64,000 nt of DNA, from assembly GCA_963717465.1 (NCBI GenBank), contig OY970340.1, forward strand, positions 1,920,001 to 1,984,000, given 5' to 3'. Under the pieces are notes generated by a model. It saw only the letters and a list, made by a program, of their open reading frames with translations, searched no databases and had not been told where the DNA came from. Of this stretch, positions 23,506 to 33,810 are shown piece after piece. Position 1 is the first letter of the stretch, and each line of letters opens with the position of its first letter. This stretch comes from Candidatus Bathyarchaeota archaeon. GTDB lineage: Archaea; Thermoproteota; Bathyarchaeia; Bathyarchaeales; Bathycorpusculaceae. The position numbers and the translations under genes are program-made.

Positions 23506-23895
23506 TTATGTGTTCAATACTGTTATTTTTGTGTTTTCGAAATTTAGGAAATCCTTGTCTTTTGTAATCAGCGTTTCATTGTTTGATGTTGTCATGGCTA
23601 CTATGAGCACGTCAAATTCGTTTATCATCTTGCCTTCTTTTGCCAGTTTCTTGTAGGCTTTGACTGCTTCTTTTATGATGGAATCGTTGAACTCATACAT
23701 GATAAATTTATTAAGCAATTCAGAAACAAAGCCGATATCTTTCTCCGGGGTTCCTCTTAAGATTTCGTACTTGTTGATAACCGTGGTGGCAATCTGTTCT
23801 TTATTTGAATATGCTTCAATCAAATTTAGAGCCGCTTGCTTTCCTCTTAGTATGTCAATGATTATCGGCGAGTCAAATACAACCATTAAAATCAC
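23506..23895 (-). CDS. vapC: PIN-domain toxin, VapC family
   Basis: VFDSPIIID, KYEILRG, EFDVLI, LITKDKDF. Confidence 0.9.
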   Translation of the reverse strand: MILMVVFDSPIIIDILRGKQAALNLIEAYSNKEQIATTVINKYEILRGTPEKDIGFVSELLNKFIMYEFNDSIIKEAVKAYKKLAKEGKMINEFDVLIVAMTTSNNETLITKDKDFLNFENTKITVLNT

Positions 23896-24155
23896 TCGAC
23901 CACGATGTTTCTTGGGACTGCCCGCTTTCTTCCTTTCTTCAACTCCGCAGTTATTGTCTTTGCGCTATCTTCACTAATAGGTTCATGAGCCTTTAAGAAA
24001 TCGATTATTTTCTTTGGATCCCCTTTGATCTCGCATCTTTCAATGAGCGACTTTAGTAGTTCTGTAAAAGACATGCCGTTTTTTATTCGAGAAAGCTCAA
24101 AGTAAACTTCATCTGATATTGATATTACTCGCACCAATGGTGGATACCCATTCAA
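23892..24155 (-). CDS. vapB: Antitoxin, VapB (DUF217-like)
   Basis: VISISDEVYFELSRIKNGMSFTELL; overlaps the vapC start. Confidence 0.85.
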   Translation of the reverse strand: MNGYPPLVRVISISDEVYFELSRIKNGMSFTELLKSLIERCEIKGDPKKIIDFLKAHEPISEDSAKTITAELKKGRKRAVPRNIVVE

Positions 24156-24361
24156 TGATATATCTATACATACATATATACATTATTTCTGATTAAACTT
24201 CCCGATCAAAAGGCAAAGAAATAACCCAAAAGAGTTTCAGAAGACCAAATAATGCTTGAGGTAGCAGGTTGTAAATGTGTCTTTCATGAGTGTTAAGTTA
24301 TCCATAATTTCAGCGATAACTATTAATATGATCTTGGTGATTCATGCGTTTAAACGGCTAT

Positions 24362-24427
24362 GGCTATGGCATTAGCCTTGGGCTCTTTGCAGTCTGAACC
24401 GCATCTTTGGGTGCTAATAATGCCTAC
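24362..24427 (+). promoter_or_regulatory. Fluoride (crcB) riboswitch
   Basis: GGCTA-TGGCAT-TAGCC … AACCGC…GC-TAATAATGCCTAC fits the fluoride aptamer pattern (P1 plus GGCAT/ATGCC pseudoknot), directly upstream of crcB. Confidence 0.9.
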
Positions 24428-24461
24428 CTTAAATTGGAGTAAACTAAGGTTGGGCAAAAAG

Positions 24462-24851
24462 ATGCAGTTAACAGACGCATTACTGTTAATAAGTGGAGCT
24501 GTAATTGGTGTTCTTTTACGCTATGAGATAGTTGAATCCCCAATTACTTTAGGCGGCTTGCAGGTCAACGTCCTAATGGTGAATATTATAGGCAGTTTCA
24601 TTTTAGGTATTTTTTCAGTAGTTGCACTCTTCTTTAACTTAGATGCCAAATATTCACTTCTAGTTGCGATTGGATTCTGCGGCACATTCACAACAATGTC
24701 ATCATTCGCCCTGGAAACAACCAACCTACTGGAAAGCAATCGGCTTGGCTTTGTGGCATTAAATATTTTAGCGAACGTAGGCTTATCATTAAGTGCAGTC
24801 TTAGGCGGCAAAACTTTAGGCACAATAGTGTTGGAGCAACTGATAAAGTGA
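24462..24851 (+). CDS. crcB: Fluoride channel Fluc/CrcB
   Basis: GAVIGVLLRY, VNIIGSFILG, GFCGTFTTMSSFALE; start at ATG 24462. Confidence 0.95.
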   Translation: MQLTDALLLISGAVIGVLLRYEIVESPITLGGLQVNVLMVNIIGSFILGIFSVVALFFNLDAKYSLLVAIGFCGTFTTMSSFALETTNLLESNRLGFVALNILANVGLSLSAVLGGKTLGTIVLEQLIK

Positions 24852-25159
24852 AACAGAAAATGTGGAACCTCACCATCTGGATAAAAAAGAACGACCAGCT
24901 CGGCGGAAAGCGTCTTGAAACCCTAATAATGGACCTGCTAATCAAAAATCAAATTGCAGGAGCAACAGTCTGGACAGGAGTTAACGGATTTGGCAAAAGA
25001 GGCAAATCAACACTGCACATGGAAGGAATCTCAATGAACATGCCACTAATAATCGACGTAATCGATGAACAAGCAAAATTAGAACCACTACTCACCGAAC
25101 TAAAACGAATCGTCGACGACAACGGACTAATAAGCATAACAGACGTTTATGTCCTGTAA
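24848..25159 (+). CDS. DUF190 (PII-like) protein
   Basis: IAGATVWTGVNGFG, MPLIIDVID; usual crcB neighbour. Confidence 0.9.
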   Translation: MKQKMWNLTIWIKKNDQLGGKRLETLIMDLLIKNQIAGATVWTGVNGFGKRGKSTLHMEGISMNMPLIIDVIDEQAKLEPLLTELKRIVDDNGLISITDVYVL

Positions 25160-25249
25160 CCAAACAACCTTCAAAATTAACAAGGTCAACTAAGACAAAT
25201 ACTCTTATCCATTAGGACAGCAACTTAACCCAGAAATATTTCACTGTTA

Positions 25250-25582
25250 TGATTTTTTCCAGATTTCCCATAAGATTCACGGAATTTCCAGATTTTTTCT
25301 AAAACCGCAAACTGTTTTTACTGGCTTTCTCCAAACTTTCAATGCCGTTCGCGGAATTCTCCAGATTTTCCCAATTTTCTCAGGATTTGAGCTACGGATT
25401 TTCTCCATTTTCGGTTCATTTTAGCTCGTTTGAACCTGCCTAGGTAAACGTTGTTCTTCCGTCATTTTTTTGCCTTTTTGGCATTCCTCAGAAGTAACAA
25501 GATCACTTTGCTTTACACAACGTAAACGCTGTTCCATTAAAGTCAGAAAAGGCAAAACTGAAAAAGACGAATCAGAACCCAT
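25250..25582 (-). pseudogene. Decayed paralogue of the 32344 ORF
   Basis: Reverse complement of 25529-25565 (tttttcagttttgccttttctgactttaatggaacag) closely matches 32361-32397; followed by GGAAAATCTGG-type repeats. Confidence 0.55.
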
Positions 25583-25696
25583 TATCAATCGGCAATCATT
25601 GTCACATTTGACCTTTATGAAACTGACAGAACCTCTCCAATGATTATTGAAATTGACACTGAGTACTTTTTATAGACTATCAATTCTATTAATTAC

Positions 25697-26329
25697 ATGG
25701 CTAAACTGTACCTTCTAGGCGGAGAAAACATAATCCAACAAGATGCACGAAATATTAATCAAAGTGCATTCCAAGACGCTGGTGAATTACCCGCGGTCCT
25801 AGTCTTTCCATGGGCTAGACCATCTTTTGATAAAACCTACAACCGTAGAAAAATTCTAGTTGACTACTTTAAGTGCCTTGGCGCAAGCACGGTAAACTTT
25901 GCAGAATACTCGGATGACAAAGAAGAAATCAAACAGAAAATTTCTTGCTCTGACCTGATTTACTTGACAGGCGGACAGGCAAGTATTCTGGTTGAACGCC
26001 TAAAAAACACGGCAGTCGACCTTTTGCTATTCAGTTATAGAGGCGTTATCGTTGGAAGAAGCGCAGGGGCACTGGCCTTAAGCCGAAAATGCATAGTAAC
26101 AGGCAAAGGCAAAAAAACAAAAATTGTAAACGGGCTTGGCTTAACAGATCTCACGCTAAAAGCTCACTACACGATTAGAAATGACGCATTGCTGTCAAAC
26201 TTATCAAAGCAAGAAGCCATATACGCTGTGCCTCAAGCATCCTCACTCATTGTTGACAACGGTGCCTTATCAAATATTGGACCGGTATTTTTGTTTGAAA
26301 ATGGTCAAAGACGCCAATTCGGTTCTTAA
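25697..26329 (+). CDS. Peptidase S51 (dipeptidase E/cyanophycinase-like) protein
   Basis: LIYLTGG, GRSAGA nucleophile, GLGL…AHY. Confidence 0.85.
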   Translation: MAKLYLLGGENIIQQDARNINQSAFQDAGELPAVLVFPWARPSFDKTYNRRKILVDYFKCLGASTVNFAEYSDDKEEIKQKISCSDLIYLTGGQASILVERLKNTAVDLLLFSYRGVIVGRSAGALALSRKCIVTGKGKKTKIVNGLGLTDLTLKAHYTIRNDALLSNLSKQEAIYAVPQASSLIVDNGALSNIGPVFLFENGQRRQFGS

Positions 26330-26339
26330 CTTCTTGCAT

Positions 26340-27389
26340 TCAACAAAAAGTCTTTGCTGAATGTTTTGCTGAATCTAAATCTCCAATCCAGAGACTGTTA
26401 ACGGATTCTTTAGTTGGCACATTTACGGTGATAGATTTGTCCAGTTTTTCTCTACCAAAGCCTACCGTGACTTCACTTGTTTTAGCGTCTGAATAAAACG
26501 CAGTCAACTCTGCCGCTACTTTAATGGCTTTTCTTGTTTTCGGTCCCTGCAGAATCGAGATTGGACCAACGATAACTGGCAATTCAAAATAGAATTCACC
26601 AGAAACTTTACGAGCTACCAAAAACTTGTTTTCAGACTCGCTTCTTCCCACTATTATCTTGTTTTGGCCAAATCGAAAGTGTCTGCCAACCTTAAGCAAA
26701 GAAATATCCTTCATGGACACGCGTTTCTTATGTACGAGAAGGTCTCTTAACTTATCAGCATACTGCTTATAAGTCAACAAGCAACCGCCAGAAGGACAGG
26801 GAAAATCTTTGATATCAAATTCTTTAGCAAGCCTAAACTGAGGTTTCCTTGACCTCCCCTGAAAATCCAAAAGCTTACCCCGATCAACCAACCCCTTCTT
26901 TTCTATAAGGGTCTCAGGCAGCACTTTAGCAGACAGCGGTCTTAAGATTTTGCCGTCCAAGCCAGCTTCTCTCTCAATCAACTTCATTGCAGCATAATGT
27001 TGCGACATTGGTCTTTCATCCAAAACTTCACCCGTGAAAATAAAGTCCGCCTTGATTTCACGCGCGTACTTTCTAGCTTTTTTAAAGAGAAATATTCTGC
27101 AGTCTATGCATGGATTCATGTTTCGGCCGTAACCGTGTTTAGGGTTGCGAAGTATCCTTAGATAATCGTCTCCTGCTAAAACAGTCTTTAACGGTATACC
27201 TAATTGCTTTGAAGCATCAACGGCAGCGCAACCGCCTTTTTTACAAAGACAAAAAGGGCTCCTAACATTGAAAGCTACAACATCTATTCCTTGGTTCAGA
27301 ACCATTTTTGTGGCAAGTATACTATCTAATCCACCTGAAAGCAAAGCCAAAGCCTTAACATTAGTGCTCATGCAGCAAATAGCATTCAC
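26340..27389 (-). CDS. PP-loop tRNA thiolation enzyme (ThiI/MnmA-like, with DUF814-like C-terminus)
   Basis: LSGGLDS, NPCIDCR, ERPMSQ, PSGGCLLT, GRHFR. Confidence 0.85.
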   Translation of the reverse strand: MNAICCMSTNVKALALLSGGLDSILATKMVLNQGIDVVAFNVRSPFCLCKKGGCAAVDASKQLGIPLKTVLAGDDYLRILRNPKHGYGRNMNPCIDCRIFLFKKARKYAREIKADFIFTGEVLDERPMSQHYAAMKLIEREAGLDGKILRPLSAKVLPETLIEKKGLVDRGKLLDFQGRSRKPQFRLAKEFDIKDFPCPSGGCLLTYKQYADKLRDLLVHKKRVSMKDISLLKVGRHFRFGQNKIIVGRSESENKFLVARKVSGEFYFELPVIVGPISILQGPKTRKAIKVAAELTAFYSDAKTSEVTVGFGREKLDKSITVNVPTKESVNSLWIGDLDSAKHSAKTFC

Positions 27390-27572
27390 TCAGAGAAATA
27401 ATAATGTTATCCGATAATTCAAAAAAAATCTTGACATACAGCTATTTTTAATCGAAGGCACGCGTAGTTTTTAAACCATATTGTTAATTTTTTGGTGACA
27501 ATTGGGCGAATGTTTAATAAAGCAATGTTTCAATTAAAACTGCCTATTCGCTTTGTATCTTTGAACTTGGGG

Positions 27573-28684
27573 TTGAAAAAAAACTGGATATAAGTATCTT
27601 CATTCCAGTTTACAAAGACTCAGATCAATTAGTAAACATGCTCAAAAAACTAATCAAACAAAATGTTCAAAAAGAAATCTTTGTAATCATCGACGAGGCA
27701 ACTCTGAGTTTTCAGGAAAAAATAAAAGTCTTCACCAATCACGTGAACTTTGTCTTCAACAAAGAAAGGATTGGAAAAGCAAACGCGCTAAACAACACTG
27801 TTCCTCTCTCTTCAGGTAAAGTTCTAGTTTTTCTGGATTCTGACGTTGACATCGATGATGACCCTGATTTCTTGAAGAAAATTATTATGGAAATTCAAAA
27901 TGTAGACGTATTGGACATTAAGAAACAAGTTGTTAAAACATCATCTTTCCTATCAACAATGGCGTACTACGAGTACTTCTCGTTTAACCTTAGCTCATGG
28001 TTATTGTCCAAAGTTATGAAGAAATGCCCAGCTTTAAACGGTTCAGCCTTCGCAATAAAACGCGAAACGTTCGAGAACATTAATGGTTTTCGACCAGTTG
28101 TAGCTGAAGATTTTGATATCGCCACCAGAGTCTTCCTCATAGACGGCAGCTTTGCTTACACATCAGATGTCGGAGTTAAAAACGAAGTTATTTCAGATTG
28201 GAAAAAATGGTTTAAACAAAGAAACAGGTGGGCAATCGGTCAAGCATTATGGGTTAAAGAATGGTATCGCGCTCTGGGAAAAAAGTTTTACAGTAAACCA
28301 CAAGTCTACATGCCCAGCCTATTCTTCCTGTATCCTTCAATTGCAATACTTCTTGTCAGCTTCGCTGTGCCCAACGGCTGGATGTACCATTCTTTCTTGT
28401 TCATGATGCTATCCCTCTCAGTAACGTTTAACATCGTGTTGCCTGTCTTCTTGTTCACGCTCGCGACAGTTGACATATTACGAGCAACATTATTTTCGTT
28501 CCTTGGTTTCGCTCTAACATCAGGTGTCTACTATGGCTTTTCAAAACAATTCGGATACAAAATAAAACTCCATGAATTATTCGTCTACTACTTCTTTTAT
28601 TCAACACTATGGATCATAATCACAGCCTTTGGCTATATCCAAGTGATTTTTGGCAAGAAAGGCGTCTCAAGCTGGAAAACCTAA
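27573..28684 (+). CDS. GT2 family glycosyltransferase with C-terminal TM helices (start probably TTG 27573 with an A-run indel; ORF track starts at 27638)
   Basis: ISIFIPVYK upstream in frame, GKANALN, FLDSD, AED, QRNRW. Confidence 0.88.
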
Positions 28685-28746
28685 AAACTGATGCTCTGAA
28701 AAGTGAAATAGTGCTCAAAAATTGCTTATCATTTCTGAAAAACAAA

Positions 28747-29154
28747 TTACGGTGGAGGCTTTTTTTGGGCGTACTGGTATCGGCGAGGCTTCCCAATTCG
28801 CGTAAGGATGTTATCTTTAACCAAATCAACTAATGCATGGGCAACAGCAGTGCGGTCATAGTGAAATCCTTTTCTTGCGAGTTCAGAATGGACTTCATCC
28901 AGGTTTTTTGGGGTATTGAACCAGTTTTCTTCCCAGAGTTTTTGGATTACGCCCTTGCATGTTTCCGCTCGAGGTGGTGGAGCTGGTCGCTCGGCTACTT
29001 GGGCAAGACTTGTGTTTCTTAAGCGCTCAGTTACTGTAGCGAGTATTCTGTCAACAGCGGTTTGGATTTGGTCTTCTTGAGATTCTATTTCAAATTCTAT
29101 GTCGCCGATTTTCATTTTTACTCGTATTGGTGGTTTTTGCTGTTTTTCTGTCAA
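28747..29154 (-). CDS. Winged-helix DNA-binding protein, divergent from nurA
   Basis: ENWFNTPKNLDEVHSELARKG…LVKDNILTRIGKPRRYQY. Confidence 0.65.
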   Translation of the reverse strand: MTEKQQKPPIRVKMKIGDIEFEIESQEDQIQTAVDRILATVTERLRNTSLAQVAERPAPPPRAETCKGVIQKLWEENWFNTPKNLDEVHSELARKGFHYDRTAVAHALVDLVKDNILTRIGKPRRYQYAQKKPPP

Positions 29155-29243
29155 GTCTTCACCTATTGTATATTGTATTGTACAAGATGCACATGCACAA
29201 TATTTAAATATTTCACCAATAAGCTATTGTATATTGGTGAATC

Positions 29244-30329
29244 TTGGTGATTGAACAATATACTGTAACAACTCAAACATATAACTTTCCACAACACACT
29301 ACAGACACAACGCTCCCACAGCGCTTCCTAGAACAAAGCATACATTCACTAAAAAAAGTCCAACAAAAAGCCGAAGCGTTTCAATTAAATCCGCAAAACC
29401 TTCAACAGTCCGTCACAGCACAGCAATACCAAGCCAATCTGCAACTGAAGCACGAGGCAATTTCGCTGAAACCAGATCACCAAGAAACAACAATTGCAGC
29501 AGTTGACACTTCCACAATAAAAATCGGCGAAACCAGGACAGGCGTACTAATTGCCATCAGAGGAGCAACAACTTGGCGGCAAAACCGAACCTACAATTAT
29601 ACCCGCCTTGGGCCGTTCATATTTCATATCACCGAAGAAAACAAAAACCAAGTTTTTAACACACTTGAAAAAGCTTACTTCAGCGCAACTGCCCAAGGCA
29701 GCCATCAAGCAGCACCAAACCTTATGCAGATACCCACAAGGCTGGCCAGCCTGTTGGAAAGATGGTTACAGGCTATGCTTGCGAAAACCGTTGTTAACGG
29801 TATACTCCTTTTTGATGGCTCATTAACCTCAGGTACGTTTGACACTCCTGCCCAACGAATGAAAGACATCTTGTGCAGTGCAAGGCGGAATCATACGACT
29901 GTGCTTGCCTTCTCAAAAATGACTACGTTGCGGGTGAATGGTTATCTTATTACTGATCAATTGCCCAATCAAGATCCACCTTACCTGCTTGAAACCTCTA
30001 ATTTGTGCTTTAAGCCGCCGCTTGTAATGTTAGGCGATGTTTACGTGGCTAGATTGAGTCGTGCAAACTTGGCTTTTCGACTTGACATTGACAGTGAAAT
30101 TCCGATTCTGCAAAGGCTGGAGGCGATGCAGAAATTGTTGGGTAATGATGTTTACTCGCAGAGTTACCCTGAAACCCTCAGGCTATCTCATATTTTGTGC
30201 ACGTTTACAGCCAACGAGTTGTTGGCGATTCAGCATTTTATCACCCGTAAGCATGGTATTCAAATCGTCAACAGACCCGACATGCATAGACTGCTTTTCG
30301 GCTCGTTTGGAAAAGGAGAGATTAGCTGA
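29244..30329 (+). CDS. nurA: NurA-family nuclease
   Basis: IAAVDTS, LLFDGSL, FSK, YPETLRLSH conserved NurA pattern. Confidence 0.8.
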   Translation: MVIEQYTVTTQTYNFPQHTTDTTLPQRFLEQSIHSLKKVQQKAEAFQLNPQNLQQSVTAQQYQANLQLKHEAISLKPDHQETTIAAVDTSTIKIGETRTGVLIAIRGATTWRQNRTYNYTRLGPFIFHITEENKNQVFNTLEKAYFSATAQGSHQAAPNLMQIPTRLASLLERWLQAMLAKTVVNGILLFDGSLTSGTFDTPAQRMKDILCSARRNHTTVLAFSKMTTLRVNGYLITDQLPNQDPPYLLETSNLCFKPPLVMLGDVYVARLSRANLAFRLDIDSEIPILQRLEAMQKLLGNDVYSQSYPETLRLSHILCTFTANELLAIQHFITRKHGIQIVNRPDMHRLLFGSFGKGEIS

Positions 30330-31789
30330 TGAAACTTTACAAGAAAGAAGGCAATATCCTGCAGATAATTGGTTTTCCAGCGGAAAATGCTGAAAAAGGC
30401 GATTACCTTCTTGTTGAAGACCCTGATGCAGCGAAAGCTTTAATCGCTCAAGTAATCGACGTCCAATTCGCCGCTGTGCCAGGTGTGCTGGAGGAGTTGT
30501 TGCGGACTCTTCCGGATGGCGGTGAATCTTTAAGGGGGGAAGACATAGACCCGATGGAAATTGCCCCTCATATCACGTATATTCAAGATGCGAGCCTTGT
30601 GATCTGTAAAATAAGGGCGACTGTTGAAAATGGAATGCTTAGTCCAAGCAGCAGTTGGCTGCCAAGTCGTTCACAATCAACCATAAAAAAACTCTCCATT
30701 CCGTTGCTTATGAAGCTGGCAAAGATCGAGGGTAAGCTTCCGATAATTCTTGGGTGCACTAAAGACTCGTCACTTCTAACGATTGATGCTTCAGCACTGG
30801 ATGGAACATTAAACATTATAACGGGTAAGAAAGGTTGTGGCAAATCGCACCTTTCCAAACTCTTAATGACAAACTTGGTGGGCTTCAAAGCAGCAGTGGT
30901 AATTTTTGATTTGAACGGTGAGTACTCAAGCCTGGGCATGACAAACGATGGGAAACGAAACATGTACTACGATAAAATACACTCGCTGGTTCCTTCGCAA
31001 AACTTCAAAGTAGCCCTCGAACAACTTCATTTGAACACGGTGATGGGCATACTGATCAACGCGTTGCATCTGCCTGGCAATTCAGCCCGAGAGTTTAGGC
31101 GACTCTGGAAAACGCTTAAGGAAAAAGGAAAACTCAACATGCAAGAACTAGGCGAAGCCATAAGCAACTTAAACTGCAACCAGCACGTGCGCGATGCGTT
31201 AGCTTCACGGGTCCATTCACTTGCTAACTCTGGATTCTTCACTGATTGCCCAGGAGAAGCAACTTTACTGGATGAATGCTTCATTAAAGCAAAAGAAAAC
31301 GGGGGCGCAATAATCATAAACCTGCGCAATACCTCTAACATCGACCGCCAAATCGTTGTGGAGTACGTTCTTGGCAAACTCGTTGATTGTCTTTCAAGTT
31401 GGAAGTTAAACGCTGTTTTCTTGTTCGCTGAAGAGGCGCATCTTTACCTGCGCGAAACATACTGGGATGACATCGTAACACGTATGCGACACTTTGGAAT
31501 ATTCACTACTTTTATCACTAATCAGCCTGACACCATTCAGGAAACGATTTATCGTCAAGCCGACAACATTTTCCTCTTCAACTTCACCAATGAACACGAC
31601 TTGGAAGTGGTTTCAAGGGCTGCACGCGTGGACGCTGAAACAGTAAAGTCAATAGCTAAGGATTTGCCCCCGCAACAATGTTTGACCTTGGGAAAAGTCG
31701 TGAATGATTTTCCAATCGTTACACGCATAAGAGCACTTGACATTAAAACGATGGGTGAGACACGCCTATTTTTTAAGAATAAGAATTAA
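30329..31789 (+). CDS. herA: HerA/FtsK-family ATPase (DUF87) with N-terminal HAS-barrel-like region
   Basis: GKKGCGKS, FDLNGEY, AEEAHLY, RMRHFG, TNQP; start overlaps the nurA stop. Confidence 0.85.
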   Translation: MKLYKKEGNILQIIGFPAENAEKGDYLLVEDPDAAKALIAQVIDVQFAAVPGVLEELLRTLPDGGESLRGEDIDPMEIAPHITYIQDASLVICKIRATVENGMLSPSSSWLPSRSQSTIKKLSIPLLMKLAKIEGKLPIILGCTKDSSLLTIDASALDGTLNIITGKKGCGKSHLSKLLMTNLVGFKAAVVIFDLNGEYSSLGMTNDGKRNMYYDKIHSLVPSQNFKVALEQLHLNTVMGILINALHLPGNSAREFRRLWKTLKEKGKLNMQELGEAISNLNCNQHVRDALASRVHSLANSGFFTDCPGEATLLDECFIKAKENGGAIIINLRNTSNIDRQIVVEYVLGKLVDCLSSWKLNAVFLFAEEAHLYLRETYWDDIVTRMRHFGIFTTFITNQPDTIQETIYRQADNIFLFNFTNEHDLEVVSRAARVDAETVKSIAKDLPPQQCLTLGKVVNDFPIVTRIRALDIKTMGETRLFFKNKN

Positions 31790-32343
31790 GCGTTCTTAAG
31801 AGATTTTGGTAGCAGAAAAGCTCATCGGTTAATCTCTTTGGAGGCATGGGCGCTGAAGTGCCTAAAATCAACAGTGCTTCATGAAGCGCTCGTGAAAACA
31901 TGGTTGGAAAGCTTAATTTTATTGTTGATGCAAGCGAGGTTGTTTTCCTGTTACTAATCAGGTTGCGGTGAAAGCGATTAAGAATCGGCTTAAAAGATAT
32001 TTCTTTGTGGCAGATCACTTGGATTTAAAAAATTAATTTCAGATACAGATTATGTGTGCGTAAAGCTTTAAGGGTAAATTCTCAAAACATTGTTTGGGGT
32101 TAAGCTGGACTGCAGTTGATGGCTCGCCATCACATTTGCATCTCCGCATAAACTTAACCCCCCTTACCCTCAACTTACTTCTAAAAAAATTATCGCTAAA
32201 AACTTGCTTGCTATGCAACGAAGTGATGCTGAACAAAAGTTTAGACTCTGTCGATACAATTACTTAAAAATAAAAGTGATTAATCATGACATTAGTTGAC
32301 TGCAATGAATGATGATAATTAGGAAGCGTCAGAAAACCTGAGG

Positions 32344-32904
32344 ATGGTTAAGCCTAATTCTTTTCCAGCTTTGCCTTTTCTGACTTTGGAGGAACAAAGA
32401 GAACGTCGAGAAAAGCGATTCACTGTGTTCGTAAATAATGCTGAAGTCTCGGATAACATGGAAAATCTCGGAAAACCAAGTCATACTCAAACTTTTCAGT
32501 TGAAAATTGCTGCTCGACGTCATCGAGTTTATGAGTTGCATGCTTTAGGGTTGAAGCATCTTCAGATTCAAGAGGCTCTTGCTAAGGAAGGGCAGTTTTG
32601 GAGTTTAGAATACAATCGTGAGGATTTGAGAAGTGAGACAACTGAGGAAAAGCGTCAGGAGCTTGAGCGTTTGCAGTCTTGGGATATTGCTATGGAAGAG
32701 GTTCGTAAAGTCAGTTGGAGTTTCGTGTTCGATTTGATTGAGCATTTTACGCCTCGTAAGAGTCCAGATGTGTAGGTTCAATTAGCCAATCAAGTAAAAT
32801 TTGAAGAAAATCGACAATACGAAAATAACTTGCTAAAGACGCTGTCGCCAGAAGACCAAAAAGTACTCTTACAGCTGAAGAAATCCTTACACAAGCAAAT
32901 CTGA
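32344..32904 (+). pseudogene. Unknown HTH-like protein (possibly terminase small-subunit-like) with an in-frame TAG at 32773
   Basis: RRHRVYELHALGLKHLQIQEAL helix-turn-helix-like segment; frame continues past the TAG (VQLANQVK…LLKTLSPEDQKVLL). Confidence 0.4.
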
Positions 32905-32950
32905 AACAGCAAAATAAGTTAAACCGTAATTAATTTTTTTTAGGTTGGTT

Positions 32951-32967
32951 GGATTAAATTTTAATCC
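32951..32967. repeat. 17-bp palindrome, perfect copy GGATTAAA-T-TTTAATCC
   Basis: Left flank taggttggtt, right flank caaacccaaactc. Confidence 0.85.
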
Positions 32968-33114
32968 CAAACCCAAACTCTGCTTCTCATATACCTCTCA
33001 ACATGCACAACACCAACACAACACAACATCAAATGATCCAAACACTTTTAGAAAGATAATTAGTGTGAGAAATTTTAAATAAAACATACTTCAAAATAGC
33101 TAACTGGTTTTTAT

Positions 33115-33513
33115 ATGAAAGGATTCAAATCCCATATTGAGAAGACCGTTGTGGGCAACCACTATTTCAGGCGTGTACTCTACACAGGCAAATACAGTCA
33201 GCTTGTTCTGATGAGCCTTAAGCCAGGCGAGGAAATTGGAGAAGAAGTTCACAGGAAAGTCGACCAATTCTTCAGATTCGAAAAGGGCACAGGAAAAGTC
33301 TCTATAGATGGCGTCAATAAATTAGTCACTAATGGAGACGCTGTTATAGTGCCTGCTGGAGCAAAACATAACGTAATTAATACATCAAAGACTAAGGAGC
33401 TTAAATTGTACACCATTTACTCGCCCCCAGAGCACAAGGACAAAACAATACGTAAAACAAAAGCTAATGCTTTAGCGAAACCAGAAGAGTTCGATGGGAA
33501 AACTAGCGAATAA
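33115..33513 (+). CDS. Cupin domain protein
   Basis: GEEIGEEVH…DQFF, VPAGAKHNV, LYTIYSPPEH. Confidence 0.92.
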   Translation: MKGFKSHIEKTVVGNHYFRRVLYTGKYSQLVLMSLKPGEEIGEEVHRKVDQFFRFEKGTGKVSIDGVNKLVTNGDAVIVPAGAKHNVINTSKTKELKLYTIYSPPEHKDKTIRKTKANALAKPEEFDGKTSE

Positions 33514-33750
33514 TCCACTCTTTTTTTTATTTAGAGCACGCTTTTTTACACCCTTATATCATATTTTTAGTTTACAGTGGGTAATTTTTCCATCATTTTT
33601 TACCCCTCACCTTTATACTTTATGTTATATTTTTAGATTGAAGGGGTAATATTTTTAGTATTTTTTCCTCCTCAAATATTATTAATATATGCCTATACCA
33701 ATATACCTATACCAACCTTGTATTTGTTCATGATTTTTTCTAAATTTTAT

Positions 33751-33810
33751 GGTTGATTGGTTGGTTGGATTAAATTTTAATCCCCAAAACCCAAACCCAA
33801 CTAATCAAAC
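33751..33810. repeat. Perfect 17-bp palindrome (33767-33783) inside a ~60-bp imperfect inverted repeat
   Basis: ggttgattggttgg…GGATTAAATTTTAATCC…ccaactaatcaaac. Confidence 0.85.

Noticed and set aside
24360..24461. N-terminal extension of CrcB in the ORF track
   Set aside because: It is the riboswitch sequence; Fluc homology starts at ATG 24462.
32773..32775. In-frame TAG as pyrrolysine read-through
   Set aside because: No pyl genes in the window, mttB lacks an amber codon, and other copies of this ORF family are decayed.
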